DNA from: Botryllus schlosseri
Lineage: Eukaryota
Length of the DNA stretch: 64,000 nucleotides
Direction: 5' to 3'
NCBI GenBank assembly: GCA_051294905.1
Contig: CM119372.1
Location: 37,078,001 to 37,142,000 of the forward strand
The notes beneath the pieces were generated by a model that was not told the DNA's origin, made no database searches, and saw nothing but the letters and a program-made list of their open reading frames with translations. Position numbers and translations under genes: made by a program. Of the stretch, positions 1 to 13,106 are shown piece after piece. Position 1 is the stretch's first letter. Each line of letters starts with the position of its first letter.

Positions 1-1723
1 CAGGGCTATCAGACAATTTCATCCGACCCGTGAAGAAGTCTGTTGCAGATCAAATGATAATACCGACCCTAGCAATCACCAGAGCTCAAATTCTAGATAG
101 CCCAATAGCCTTGTTTATTCACGACCTATGTTTAAAAAAACAATTCCTGCACAAATTCGATGCAGGCACACATTGCTAGTGGGAAGTCATATCTTCATAC
201 CTTATTTTAAAACCCGCTAGGGGCGCAAAAGAGTGGTTCAAGAAAATATAGTAACCCTAGAGTACAATAACCAGGGTTGCCATCCACATGGATAAAAGGA
301 TAGATAATACCACCTGTTCAGTTCATTGCCTTTTTGATAGGCTGATGACTTTCGTCCATAGGTAATGACGGTCAAGAATAAAAACAAATGTTAGACAGAA
401 CAATAAAGTTTCTTAGACATCGCCTTTCAAAATAAGGAGAATCTTAGGCAGCCGTCACAATAACACTAGGCTTAATCAGTTGATCACTTCAGTTTAAGAA
501 TAGACGAAGCATGTGGATTATGTCACATCTAATTCAATAGCAACGATGAATCTCGCAAATGGATTCTCCGTTTCAAGCGCTCAATTTGCGCCGGAAATAT
601 TGCCTACTGAATGCGCACATTAACTTGATACTGAATTGGAATTACCTCATTACGGAAGTGGAGTTTTGCCGACTATACTGCAATACAGAGCATTTCCATC
701 ATGAGCAATATTTCATTAGTTGCATCAATCGAAGCCGCCTGAAATATAATTAGTCAACATCGATTCCCATATAGCCGAGGGTTAATTTGCTGTATAGAGT
801 CCAATGGAAGAAAGCAATTCCACTCGCAAAAATTCACTTTTTTGCTCGCTGTACGCATACCTGGATGCGGAAGTAGCTAAATTTATCGTATCAAAGGAAA
901 ATACGACAATTCGACATTTACCACCACGACTCATTTTTATTAGCGTAAAAGCGCCTGTGGCAGGGTATGATGTCGCGAAAGCATATTTAAGCTTACTGTG
1001 CACGTGCGCTACGAATATGACCATCACATCCCGTTGTTTTAGGGTTGCTAGAACTCATCAGATGTCTGGGGCATATTTACAATCCTAAACCGCTAACTAC
1101 AAATTGTTCCTGAGTAATCTATTTGAAGCTTTTCCCGCGTATGTGTCACTAAGCTTTATGACATCAGTAACGCAAATCCGTGTTTGAACTCTATTCATCA
1201 CTCTATTATCCCACTAGTAGAATGACATTTATATACATGGGATATTTTGGGCATGCCCAGTAAGATTCAATGTTTCCTAGGGCTGTGTTTATGATCTAAG
1301 GCAGTGTTTTTCAACTTTTTTTGAGCTCCATTCGCAATTTTGTTGGACAATCAATTTCATTCGCACAAATCAATTGAAAATTGTTATACAAAAATAAGAT
1401 GAATATACTTAATGATATTTTGCTCAGATGTGCAACAAAATTGTCTGCTATAGCTTAGGGCCTTAGGCCATCCAGGGTCTCATTAATGAGGCAACTCTTT
1501 TCCCTCTTTTAAACTATTTCACTGACACCCTTCTCGGCCAAACAGATTTTTCGGTTTTATACAAAAACGTCTACTAGTGCTTGGATGGCCAGGACTTCAG
1601 AACGGTTCTGCACAACTATTCAAAATACAGCATATTTTCTGCGAGTGAAAAATGCATGCTTGCTAACAGAAGTCGTTTCTGAGAGATGAAACAAAGGTCT
1701 CGGAGGCTCCAGTGTGTCTAGAG

Positions 1724-3132
1724 CACTGGTTCCCAACCTTTTTGTCTGCATTCCCCACTTCAAATTTATTCCGAGCCTTCATTCCCCACCAAGACCGTAA
1801 CAGCCCCCCAGAACCCCCTCAGCCCCGCTGAGCCTGTACGCTTTTCCCCTGCAACTTATCAGATACATTGGGTCCACTATTAAGTGCGTTGCCTTACTCC
1901 GACTAAACGCGCGAAGCGCGAAAAATTTATATAATTCGTGTTTGAATCGGCCAATATGATCGGGAATTGCATATATTTTGCTATCACTTTTTTTGATACC
2001 CTCTCTGCTCACGTAATCAGATTTACTGGTAGAGCTGAGTGAAATGTGTGAGAAGGTAGGACTCCCAAATAAGAATTAAACATCTTCGGGCGGACCCGTT
2101 GGTATATTGACTTCGTTCCATTATGCTATTTTGTGACCTTCTATATCTGCTATGTCAAAAGATATGGAAATCGCCAAAACTAAAAGGCACACACGATTTC
2201 AAATTGATATAACTTTAGCCTACTGGCAACTAATTTTTCCCGCGGGATGGCATTTGTCCTATGGGGTTCTGATCGCTAGGACAGTCGGCACCAGCCATTT
2301 AGCCAATTAAACATATGTGTATATTGTATATATATATATATCGAAGTTTTGGGTCACCACAAGGGCATTCCTTCTCGGCCAAGGTCTTCTCGCTTATGAT
2401 CGTTCTGGCACACTTCTCGGAGTTGCATGTTACATGGCCTATAACTTCATATGCCTTGATGCGTCGTGGCGCAGTAATGGCCGACGCCTAAGTCTCCATT
2501 TCTCTAAATTATACGTATTTTCGTGGGGAAGGGTACAAATAATCAAATATTCGGCAATATTAATTCGCGCACCTAGCGCGAAATTTTTTTGAAAAAGTGG
2601 CATAAATTTAAAAAAAAAATTTATGTTGATTCACGAAATAATTTGGGGCCCCTTCGAGGTCGCCCCCCCTAATTGGGGGGTTTGGGGTGCGGCAGTTACG
2701 GTCCTGTTATCCACTAACCAGCTCTTTTGTCATCACAGAGCAGCTATTTGCTGGTTTGACTACACAAGACACACAGCCACACCAGTACGCAAGACAATCG
2801 CCTATAACTGCAATATAAAACGCATTGTGAACCGATACCAGTAATGCTCATAATTCCGCGAAAGCGTTATTTCACGTCAAACTAGTCGTGCTGGATGCGT
2901 TTGTAACGCCATTATTGGCCATAGAGTTAAATAGGAGGCTTAGTAAACAACAGGCAATATAATTTTCGATACATACATTCCAGAGCAGTTAACTGGTAAC
3001 GGTAATTGCGCATGTGTCCCCGTAAATATGTAGACTGTCATGTATAGATTTTTGAACAAATGCGTCTATTCCCCACCAGAAACCATTGAATTCCCCACCA
3101 GTGGGGAATTCCCCACCGTTTGAGAACCACTG
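1724..3132. mobile_element. hAT (Charlie/Buster-type) MITE containing a nested GC-rich MITE
   Basis: Ends are CACTGGTTCCCAAC and GTTTGAGAACCACTG. Identical 8-bp TSD GTCTAGAG at 1716-1723 and 3133-3140. Confidence 0.85.
1790..2706 (+). mobile_element. GC-rich hAT-type non-autonomous element (family C), nested copy
   Basis: Starts CAAGACCGTAAC and ends GTTACGGTCCTG. Extensive similarity to 11810-13106 and 42912-44150. TSD is degenerate (TTCCCCAC/TTATCCAC). Confidence 0.8.
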
Positions 3133-3753
3133 GTCTAGAGTGTGCAAAATCCACATTTTTGTGTTGAGAATTTTGCCTGATAACTTGAAAAATACGGTCC
3201 ATAACGGATAAGCGAGAGTAGGCACATTGGAGCTCGCTACCTTATGACACGTTGCTCCATTTTGTGTTCTGTTTTTTTCGATTTCCTATTTTCCGTCTCG
3301 CGAGTAAATGTGAAGAGCAAAGAATGTCACGAACCGGTGTTTTCGGATCTTTATCTCCATTCAACTTTAAAGTCCATAACAGTTCTTTAACTGTCAATAA
3401 CCCATAACGAGTTTCTTAGCCACAACAAAAATCAGAGTTTTAGGAGGTTCTCGCAATCCGAGTCTCACACATGAGAAATAAAGCATTTTGAATAATACAG
3501 TAGTATGATACGATTTTACGGACATGTCTGACATATAGAACGCACGCACCACAATTGCATCGATCACGAAACATGTCTGACGCACGCGATTTCAAATAGG
3601 TGTGATTTAAATTCCTCTGCTTGACAACGGAGCATATCCATATCGAAAGGTTTAGCCCTCCAGCGACGGTCATTTTCAGCCAAGGTTTTGTCGCCGCTGA
3701 TGTTTTTGGCACCGCATTTTATCAGTATGACAGCCTAAAACGGAGGTCCATAA

Positions 3754-5576
3754 CACTGGTCAACACTATTTTTGTTGACTTTGATCAGACAATTGTTTTT
3801 GACTAACTTTTGGGCGCTGAATTCCAAAATGACTTCCGTGTTTCTCTATTACGTCAATTTTTTGGGTTAGGCACCCACATCATTGTCTCATAACACACAT
3901 CATAGCACTATTTTTAATATATTTTGTGTATTGTATAAAACGTTTCAAAAACCACAAGCAGTCGAAAGTAAATCAATAGTGCGAGTTTCAGGGTCCAAAT
4001 TTACGCTAATAACCCATTATTCTGCAAGTGGTCTAGTTTGATACTCGAGCAACAGCAGCTAACATATGTGAGCTTTAATCTACTCTGCTATCATACCCAC
4101 ATCATCTTCAGGTGTTGGGGGACATTTTCTTCTTGACCATCTCTGACTATGTCAAAGGTTTTAGGGAAATTTTTCAGATATTTTAGCTTTTTAAATATCT
4201 GCAGTCCGGCATAAAAATATGGCAGTGACACCTGTGTATCAGGGTTACATGTGCATCCTTATTGTCTAACAACTAGAAAACACAATATTTCAAATCTGAC
4301 ACATATGATTCAATCGTGCTCGTGATGCTGCAACAATTCAATGTTTCTCCATTACTCTCAATGTTTCTGTAATATTCACGAAGACTCACTGAGTGTGCAA
4401 TTGTTACTGCACCTAAGACTTTGCCATTCTGGAGAATGGCATACTTTAGCATCCTTTTTGAGCTACCTATGGACATTTGCCATATACGTGCCTTGAAAAT
4501 CGGGATTCCCAACTTCTCCGGCAATTAGAACTCAAAGCATGATACTCGGAATTGAAAGTGAAATACAAATATCACCTCTAAAAAGCGGAAAATATATGTC
4601 ATGTCTTTGTGCATAAAGCTTCAAATGTGACGTTAAAAAAAGCCAGGTGTAACGTTAAAAAAAGCCAGATTTTCCAGATTAGCAGGGCACTTCATTGGCT
4701 ACTAGATTATGATATGATTAGATTGCGAAACGGTAGTTTCAAACATTATGGTGGGCCATATTTACTGTGATGAAATGTTTTATATGGGCGACAATGCGGT
4801 GTGAGTGGAACCAAGCAATCCGGTGCCTAAATTATATTCACTGATACTTTCGTGAAAACATAGTTGTCACTCCATATCTGCTGTGCGCGAAGCGCAACAA
4901 AATTTCTGGGCTTTACATGACTTTTATGAATATTAAATGTTGATACTCCGTGAAAACAGCCTCGAAATTCATCAGGCTATCTTTCGTATTGGGGGTTAAA
5001 CTACTTCTACTTGACAAACTGAAAATAGCGAAAAGTAAGTCATTACATCACAAAATATTACGAAGTAGAAGTAGAAGTAGAGAAAATCAGATCTACTTGA
5101 GTAAGTATCAGAAGTAGAGGAAAACTACTTGAGTACTTCTAAAAAGTAGAACTACTTCGTTACTGACCACCTCTGCCTATAGCTGATAGTAAATGTCATG
5201 TTTATTTTTCTTGCAATATCCTGCAATTTGAATCAAATATGTGTGTGTAATATCCTCGTATAATTGCATCCTCTAACCAAAAATGGGCGAAAACATCGGC
5301 CCAGATCGATACCAGTACCTTTTCCCTACATAATTTAATCGAGCCCTTGACTATATAACTTAAATATATGGTAAAAGTGTAGATTTTTAGACGATATGGA
5401 AAAGTAATAACGCTAAATTCGTGAAAATTCGCATATTTGGACATATGTTGTAGAGCAAAAAGTTGACGTGATAGAAGAAAACCAGAGGCATTTTTGGATT
5501 CAGCACCCCAAAATTAGCCTAAATCAAGTGCCAAATCAAAGTCAACAAATTTTTCGTTCAAAATTGTTGCCCAGTG
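3754..5576 (-). mobile_element. Chapaev3-like (CMC) DNA transposon, deleted and decayed
   Basis: CACTGG...CCAGTG termini flanked by TAA on both sides. ORF 4273-4524(-) reads WQMSIGSSKRMLKYAILQNGK..TIAHSVSLREYYRN..DLK, matching the recalled WRLFIDSSKRSLK.VLLHNGN..IAHS..LKE.Y..DLK transposase block. Second copy at 51296-53637. Confidence 0.75.
4525..5175 (+). mobile_element. hAT MITE family A (AGTAGA-rich), right-hand part, inside the Chapaev3-like element
   Basis: Ends GACCACCTCTG with AGTAGAAGTAG subterminal repeats. Homologous to the right part of 52303-53074. Confidence 0.75.
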
Positions 5577-5677
5577 TAATCCAGTGTAATCCCTAAATCA
5601 TTATAATTGAAGGGTCTTACTCTTACTGAAAGCCTGATTGATATTTAATTCACTTTAGCAAAGTTTGAGAAACACCC

Positions 5678-6765
5678 AGAGGTGGTCAAAGTAGTCGAGA
5701 ACGCTACTCGAGTAGAAGTATCGACGAAAAAATCTACTCAAGTACGAGTAGAAGTACTTCTTCCTTAAGCAACCTAAAACTACTTGAAGTAGAAGTAGAT
5801 TGACTGACTTTAAATCTACTTAAGTAAGTAAGTAGTTGTGAAAACGATCGTAATTCGTTCGCATGGACCGTCAAAAGCTGCAAATGGAGCTATGCGGAAG
5901 GTGTAGAGAACTTGATTCATATTGATGCATCCCAGGAGGTGTCAATTTCTGACAGAATAAGCAGTGGTCCAAATCATGGGATGTAAGTGATAGCATTGAT
6001 ATGAAAATGCAATACTAATTCTTTGTTTACTCGAACACCCCGTTTTAGAGAATATCATGGCATGGCGCCCACCGCCACATTATAAGGCCGCTAGTTCAGT
6101 CGAAGAGCAATACGAGGAAGTTGCGCCGGATACGGCTTTAACACTTTGCGCGATTAGTATACGTTAACTAAAAATATGGCAGATAGTAAAAATGCCATAT
6201 ACTGTATAGCTTTATTTTCGGAAAATATAAGGCATTACTACACTTGCTTTTATACTTCAACATATCATGTATGTTTTCCAGACAATTTAACTGAAACTTT
6301 TATTACAACTCAGCGTATAATACTCATAATTGACAGAAAAATACAAATACTACTTCTGAAAAGCGGAGAATATATTTCATGTCTTTTGTCCAGAAAGTTT
6401 CAACGGTGGTCTGCTAAGACAGGTCGAACGTTAAAAAAGTCAAAGTCCATTTTTCTAGATTAGGACACGTCAAGGGCTGCTAGGTATAAAAGTTATTGCT
6501 AGATTGCGGAACAATGGTTTCAAACGTTAAGGAGGGCCATGCTTACTGTGATGAAATATTTGGTATAGGCGACAACATGGTGTGAACGGAATCACGCAAC
6601 CCGGTACCGGCATCCAAATTATATTCAGTGATACTTTCGTTAAAACATATTTGTCACTCCATATCTACTGTGCTGGATGCGCAACGAAAGTTCTGGGTAA
6701 TACATGACTTTTATGAAAATGAAATGTGGGTACTACGTGAAAACAGACTCGAAATTCCTTGGAAT
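5678..6765 (+). mobile_element. hAT MITE family A, left part (right end missing)
   Basis: Starts CAGAGGTGGTCAAAGTAGTC. Interior is homologous to 32443-33559 (reverse) and 52303-53074. Confidence 0.75.
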
Positions 6766-7861
6766 ATATCCTGACCTCAAATCCTCGTGCGGTTTTCTGA
6801 GATGATCGATTTATGTTTTCTTCATCAAAATCGGGTATTCGAGCTGGACCGGTAGCTCATGCAAGCTTGAGAATTGGAACAGTTCATGTGCCGCAAAATT
6901 TCGGTGAAATATCACGGACTTATCACTGAATCCTGACAGTTCCATTTTCCCCTTTATCAGGTTTAATTATTTCTACGAACGGATATATTCTACTTGTAAA
7001 TTTTGGAAAATATGCCCCTCGAGTAGAAGCGATATCATTTCTCGCAACCAAGACGCCGTGTCGAACGCCACGGTCTCAGCCCGTGGAAAATCAACGATCG
7101 TTTGAAACAATAAAATCACGCGAAACAGTCCATCTTAAAAATTCATCCATCACACCTTGCAGTGAGCTATAACTGCTCAATACATTGTAGTTCTCACAGC
7201 ACACAATGAACCACTCTTTCTGGGGCCGTGGTTCTCAAGCTTATTTAGACAGACTCGCTTTATGACAGAGAAAAATTTCTCGCCCCCCTAATCGTCCTAT
7301 CACATAATGCAACCAGGATGCTAACAATCCCAGCGGATAGTTTGATGGCGTGGAAAGTTATGACTGTTGATGAGGGAATTCTAAAATATGATATTGGAAC
7401 TATACACAGAGCAATAAATATGAACTGGAGGTAAATCATCCTCCCCCTACTCTACTGCTAACTCTGGTCGTGTGAGAGAGGATCAACCAATATATAGTAG
7501 TATATGGAAGAACAAATATTATTGATAGAACTCAGAGACAAAATTTAACAACCAGATGCATATAGCATTCCCCCCAGAAGTTGCATCGATTGATATGGAG
7601 GGCCCAAATCGTCTATTTGGGCGGGCGCAGGCAAAAAATGGTGTTTTGGTCCTGGTTACACAACACACAGCCACATACTCCTGAACCGGATCGTGACCAC
7701 CTCTGGTCGATAAACAAATCTTTGCTAGTGTGACGTCATATTAACGGACAATGTGCTCATACCTCATTTTGAAATCCATTGGTGGGCGCTAAAGAGTGTC
7801 CGGAATTTGAGTCACGGAAATATGGTAACTCAATCATATGTCTTCTTTTAAGGCGGAATGT

Positions 7862-8262
7862 TAGGGTTACCATACGTCCTCTTTTATGAAGATTTATTTT
7901 GGAAGTGTCCGCGGAGGACCCCCAAATGTTCTCTTTCTTGAGATTTTGTCCTCTTTTTGAGAATTATGGTTGAATATAGGGCAAAACTAAACTGAGATAC
8001 AGTATATCAGCATTGTAGTAACGCACCGGCGGATATTTGGGGATGGCTGAGCCGGGAAGTTGACCTCTTTTTCGTCAACCAACTGATAATGTGAAGGAAA
8101 AACTGTATTTAGTGAACTGAACCACAATGTTGACTTGATTTTGTTAACCGACTACGTAGTGCAAAACATTTACCATTTTTTCAGGATTTTCCTCCGTTAT
8201 TGCAAGTCTGAAAATTTAGAAAAAGTATTCTCTCTTCAGATTTCCGAAATATGGTAACTCTA
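7862..8262. mobile_element. hAT-type MITE (TAGGGTTACCAT TIR, family F)
   Basis: TIRs TAGGGTTACCAT / ATGGTAACTCTA. TSD CGGAATGT/CGGATTGT (7 of 8). Related copy at 48043-48443. Confidence 0.7.
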
Positions 8263-8771
8263 CGGATTGTGCTCCGAGGACGTCCAAAGGCCCTATTTTT
8301 TCACGTCCTCTTCTATTGCCGCGAGAGTTAGGCGATCACATGGAGTTATCTGATAATGGTAATATCGGCAGAAAATACTCGTGAAACTGGCTTATTACTA
8401 TACAATAGACCCGACAAATGATCGTAAAAGGCCAGCCCAACGTAAATTAGACGTAGCGATTTTCATGCACAGGCTAGGAAAAATGACCATTTTAAATGTC
8501 TCCGAATATCACTTGTAAAGAGTCTCCTCTTTCTCGGATCACAAAATATATGGTTACCCTATATAGAAGATAATCACTGATAGATGTCGAAACAGCATGA
8601 ATGTGAAACAAAACAACGAAAAGCATATTAATGGTGGAGTAAATTAGTAAAATTAGAAATTTAGGCTAAGTGTGGTGCGGTGAATTCAAAGGATTTGTTC
8701 GCTTCCAGTGCGATAAAATGACTACCTAGTCCAGGGGTCCTTAGGTCAAAACGGGTCGCGTGTCACTTCTC

Positions 8772-10285
8772 ATTATTATTATTATATTCTTTATTCACAG
8801 TAAGAAACTGGTCAACACACACATAATCCGGGGAGCAACCTGCACCCAAAGGAAAATGGCGAGATTGGAGTAAATATTTAAAATTTCAGTAATGCAGTCA
8901 AATTGTTATTCCTATGCAATACATGGAGAAGTCAGATTACAGAATTGCAGTAGATGAAGAATTGGCAAGGGTTACAGAGCAGAGGTAGAGATGATTGAAA
9001 ATGAAGAATCGAAATTACAGAAATGATGCTGTGATTCACTAGTATAATTTTAGTCCAGTGGTGCATTCAAGGCCTTCCGAAGAATATGCACATTGCACAG
9101 TGCCCAATAACGTGATCTTTTGGATCATGTCGAATCGAACGTTACCGGAATCTGTTGGATATGTCTCATGAGCAGTGGTGGCCAGACGATTGGGGGGGCC
9201 CTGGGCGAGACTCCGGGGGCCCCCTATAAGTATGTAATCGCAGCTTCTGGGGGGCGGAGCCCCCCAGACCCCCCATTTCGCGTAACTACTTAACAGGCAT
9301 GCAGAGACTTCATTATTGTCGTGATATGGGACTTTAATAACAAATGCGTAGATTTGAAGATAGACTCATCTGAACGGAATCATCTTCTTGATTGGTACAA
9401 GGATGTCCACGTCCATTCGCTACAACCCGTTAAAAAAGCGCTAAAACCGAAGAGGGGGGCCCCTTTGACCGGGGGGGGCCGGGCGACCGCCCACCTTGCC
9501 CACCCCAAAAGCCACCACTGCTCATGAGTTTTTTGCTTACGACCCCTGGGGCGCCAATGACTATCGGTACAATGTTTATATTGCATCGCCACATTTTCTC
9601 ACATTCCATTTTGAGATCTGCGTACTTGGAGTGCTCTTCTGATTCTTTTTGTTGTATGTTGTGATCAGCTGGGACAGCCAGTTCAATGAATAAGCGTTCT
9701 CTTTTCTTTTTTAGTTTGATGATCATATCCGGGCGGTTGCTTCTGATTTCGCGGTCAGTTATAACTGGTAGCCTATATCCCACAGAATTTTTACCTGGTC
9801 GTTTTCTGTCACTGGTGCTGGGCTGTAATCGTACCAATTTTTGTCGAAGTGGTGATGTTAAAATGTTTGCATAATTCAAGATGAATGTAGTGGCCAATCC
9901 CATTGTGTCTCCATGTGTATTCGGTAGCTGCAAGTGCACCACTGCCGGACATGAGATGTGCTACAGTTTCATTTTGGTTGTGGCACATTCTGCATTTGGC
10001 GTCCGTGGTTTGCTTCAGAATTCTTTTGCGATAGTATTTTGTAGGAAGCGATTGGTCTTGTGCTGCAAAAATGAATCCTTTGCTTGCCGGTTTCAGGCCA
10101 GAGCTGGATAGCCAGGTCCATGAAAGCTCGTCTACATGGGGCTGTGAAGGTAACTTCTTGTGCTGTCCATGAAGAGGCATTGACTCCCATATCGTTTCTC
10201 TCATTTTGAGCGTTGCATTTTTGTATCGAACTCGTGCTGCTTTTGCTATTGTTGTGGGTTTGGCAACAGTGTTTTCAGCAGTGTA
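8772..10285 (-). mobile_element. 5'-truncated non-LTR retrotransposon with restriction-like endonuclease (R4/Dong-like), split by a MITE
   Basis: Frameshifted minus-strand ORFs give LHGQ, AAQDQSL, a zinc knuckle CRMC...ETVAHLMSG, the RHN motif, RPD...IELAVP...KY and VPIVIGA. The C-terminus (IQKITLLGT..ILRKAL) resumes below 9172. A (TAA)n tract at about 8772-8784 is the likely tail. Confidence 0.85.
9173..9520. mobile_element. GC-rich hAT-type MITE inserted in the RLE retrotransposon
   Basis: TIRs CAGTGGTGGC / GCCACCACTG. Perfect 8-bp TSD CTCATGAG at 9165-9172 and 9521-9528. Confidence 0.9.
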
Positions 10286-10287
10286 CA

Positions 10288-10565
10288 GTAGGGTTGTTCA
10301 AAAAAAACTTTTTTTTCCAAATCTCACTCGTCTAGTGACTAAATCGTCAGGTTGTCCAAGAAAACGATGCACACCAAATTTGACTCAATTCCAACCAGTT
10401 AAGGCCGTGCAATCTTGAATTGAAATTTTTAATTTATTATGAAAAATAAAAAATGAAAAAATCTCAAATTTTTCTGTCTACCCCATGAAATTGTTGAGCT
10501 GTCATCAAAGACGATGCAAATCAAATTTGAGTCAATTCCGACTTGTAGAAGCGGAGTTATTCGAG
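10288..10565 (+). mobile_element. Single arm of the foldback MITE family seen at 28910-29555
   Basis: TAGGGTTGTTCAAAAAAAACTTTT...GATGCACACCAAATTTGACTCAATTCC is similar to the arms of 28910-29555. Confidence 0.65.
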
Positions 10566-11809
10566 TTTTTCGTTGATAATTCTCGGATTATCCTTGATCC
10601 GGGGATTATCAACGAAATGCTCAAATAGTTGACCAGATTTCAAGTCTGACAAAAAGGTACTGCCTAAAAAGTGTCAAGTAGAAGTGGGAGTAGCCTAAAC
10701 TCATAATGACGCGAGTACTCAGGTAAAATAGTGCTTCGCTGCTGACCCCCTCTGTATATTGGTTCAACCAACTCAGAAACATCCTCTAAAGACGACGAAC
10801 ATTGTTTCTTTTGCATTGACTTCGTAATATTCTGAACAAATTATATTCTTTGATTCATTGAATTTACAAATATACTTGGAAAGAAGTGCAATTTATTAAT
10901 TTTTCTTTTGCATTCGATACCCAGAGCATAAAAAATAGTGGAAGAATGCATGTCAACCTTATCAAGTTCAATAACTGCCGACACTTTATGCCCATGTCTT
11001 TTCCTCTGCCTCCATAGCCACTTGTCTAGACAGATTCATAGCATCTACGGAAGAGCGCTTATCTTGCTGTACACAAATGGAATATTATTTCCAAAGCAGA
11101 CATCAGCATCGGGAAAGAAGTTCAGGACAGTTAGTCAATGGTCAGATCATCTGCTGACATTTCTGTCGGCATGAAACCACACTGCTTTTTACCGCATGAC
11201 CAAATTTTATGTGGTGATCATAATTGGCTCCAGGCTGAACTTTTACGAGGGCATCATCAATTTCTTAGTTGCCTACGTTCGGCTCTCTTGGGATAATCCA
11301 TCAGATCATTAATTCGTATACATGAGGTAAAGCCATGTATTGAAACTCAAGATATTTGCAATGTGCCAAACAGTAAAGTAATCCAATCCAGGCAATCAAT
11401 CAAGTAATCTAGACAGTTTGTTGCATCATCAGTTGGAGCTGATGATCATTTTTCTTCGGCTAGTGCCACTTGGCAGCATGACAGAATGATCAATAACTTG
11501 TAATATAGGTATAGAGGTCTAAATATTTTGAATTGTTTACTGAGAAGCCATACAATAGCATAGGATGTTTAATATATGTATTGGATGTAGCATGTTGCAT
11601 GAATTCCTAACACATCAACGTACTGGCAGTCGTCTCTTCAGGCTTAAAAATAGCGGTATCCTTTATATATTGCAAACGATATCAATCATCAAAATACTGC
11701 AATGATTACCAACCATCACTATACAATACAACTATAGTAGGTTATGCAGTGCTGCTTTAAATATCACGTAGTCAATCAAGTAGTGCTAATAAAATCAGTA
11801 TTGTATAAG

Positions 11810-13106
11810 CAGGGCCGTAACAGCACTCCGCCAGTCCCCCCCCAAAACTTTGGTCGTGGGCCCCCCCATAGGATTATAGACCGAACGTCTGTGGGGCTTC
11901 GCCCCCCATACCCCCCTCCAGCGATACCCTCTTTACCGCTATTTATGATATGCGTTGGGAGTTTGTTTAGTGAAACCAGCTTATGTCGCCTACTAAGCGC
12001 GCAAAGCGCAGGAAATTTCTAGAATTCATGACTAAATCGGTCAGTATGATCGGGAATTGCATATATATTGTTATCAATTTTTATCTTCTCTCTGTTCACG
12101 TAATAAGATTTTCCGGTAGAGCTGAGTGAGGTGTGTTTGAAAAGGTAGGACCACTCAATAATAATTAAACATCTTCGGGCGTATACCCGTTGGTAGGGAC
12201 GAAACAGCACCTCGTCAGGCCCCCAAAAACGTGGGTCTTGGGCTCCCATAGGGTGATGAAACGACCCCTCCATCACATTGTTCGCGTTTGTTACGAAATC
12301 ATCTGTACAGTACTGTGAGTCAGCGCGAGGCGCGAAAATTTTCGATAATTTATGATAAAATCGGTCAATCAGATCGGCGATTGCATATATATTATGCTAT
12401 CAATTTATTGCCCTCTCTACTCACGTAATTAGATTTACCGGTAGAGCTGAGTGAAGTGTCTTGAAAACGGGAAGGCCCGTAAATAATAATCAAACATCTT
12501 CGGGAGGGTGGATCCGTTGATATGTCTTCGTTACATGATGTTATTTCGTGACTTCCAGTCTGCTATATCAAAAATTATAGAATCGCCCAAACGTAGGCTT
12601 CTAAACTAAGAGACGCACACGATTTCAAATTGGTATTTCTTCACTGGCATAAAAATTTTCCCAGCGGGATGGTATTTGTCTTGTGAGGTTCAGATTGCAA
12701 AGACAGGAACATTCGGCGCCAGTCATTTTGGCGCCTATGGACAATTAAACCTATATCTATTTTGTATATATAACGAAGTCTTTGGTCAGCATAAGGGCAT
12801 AGACCCTTTCGGCCAAGGTTTTCTCGCTGCCGATCGTTCTGGCACACTTCTTGGAGTCGCATGTTATATGGCCTAAAACTTGCTTGTATGTCTTGGTGGG
12901 TCGTGGCGCGGTAATGGCCCAATACCCAATAATACAGATACATGGCTACTTTAATTCGCGCCCAGCGCGAAAAATTTCTGAAAAAATTGCATTAATTTTC
13001 AAAAAATACTCTATGATTTATGCTAATTCACTAAATAATTTTGGGCCCCCTTCGAGCTCGCCCCCCCCCCAATTGGGGGGTTTGGGGTGCGGCAGCTACG
13101 GTGCTG
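11810..13106 (+). mobile_element. GC-rich hAT-type non-autonomous element (family C)
   Basis: Termini CAGGGCCGTAAC / GCTACGGTGCTG. Perfect 8-bp TSD TGTATAAG (11802-11809, 13107-13114). Contains an internal direct duplication. Confidence 0.9.

Noticed and set aside
6961..7170. About 70-codon open frame after a possible acceptor (TTTATCAG)
   Set aside because: No recognisable protein motif or partner exons, and the length is compatible with chance.
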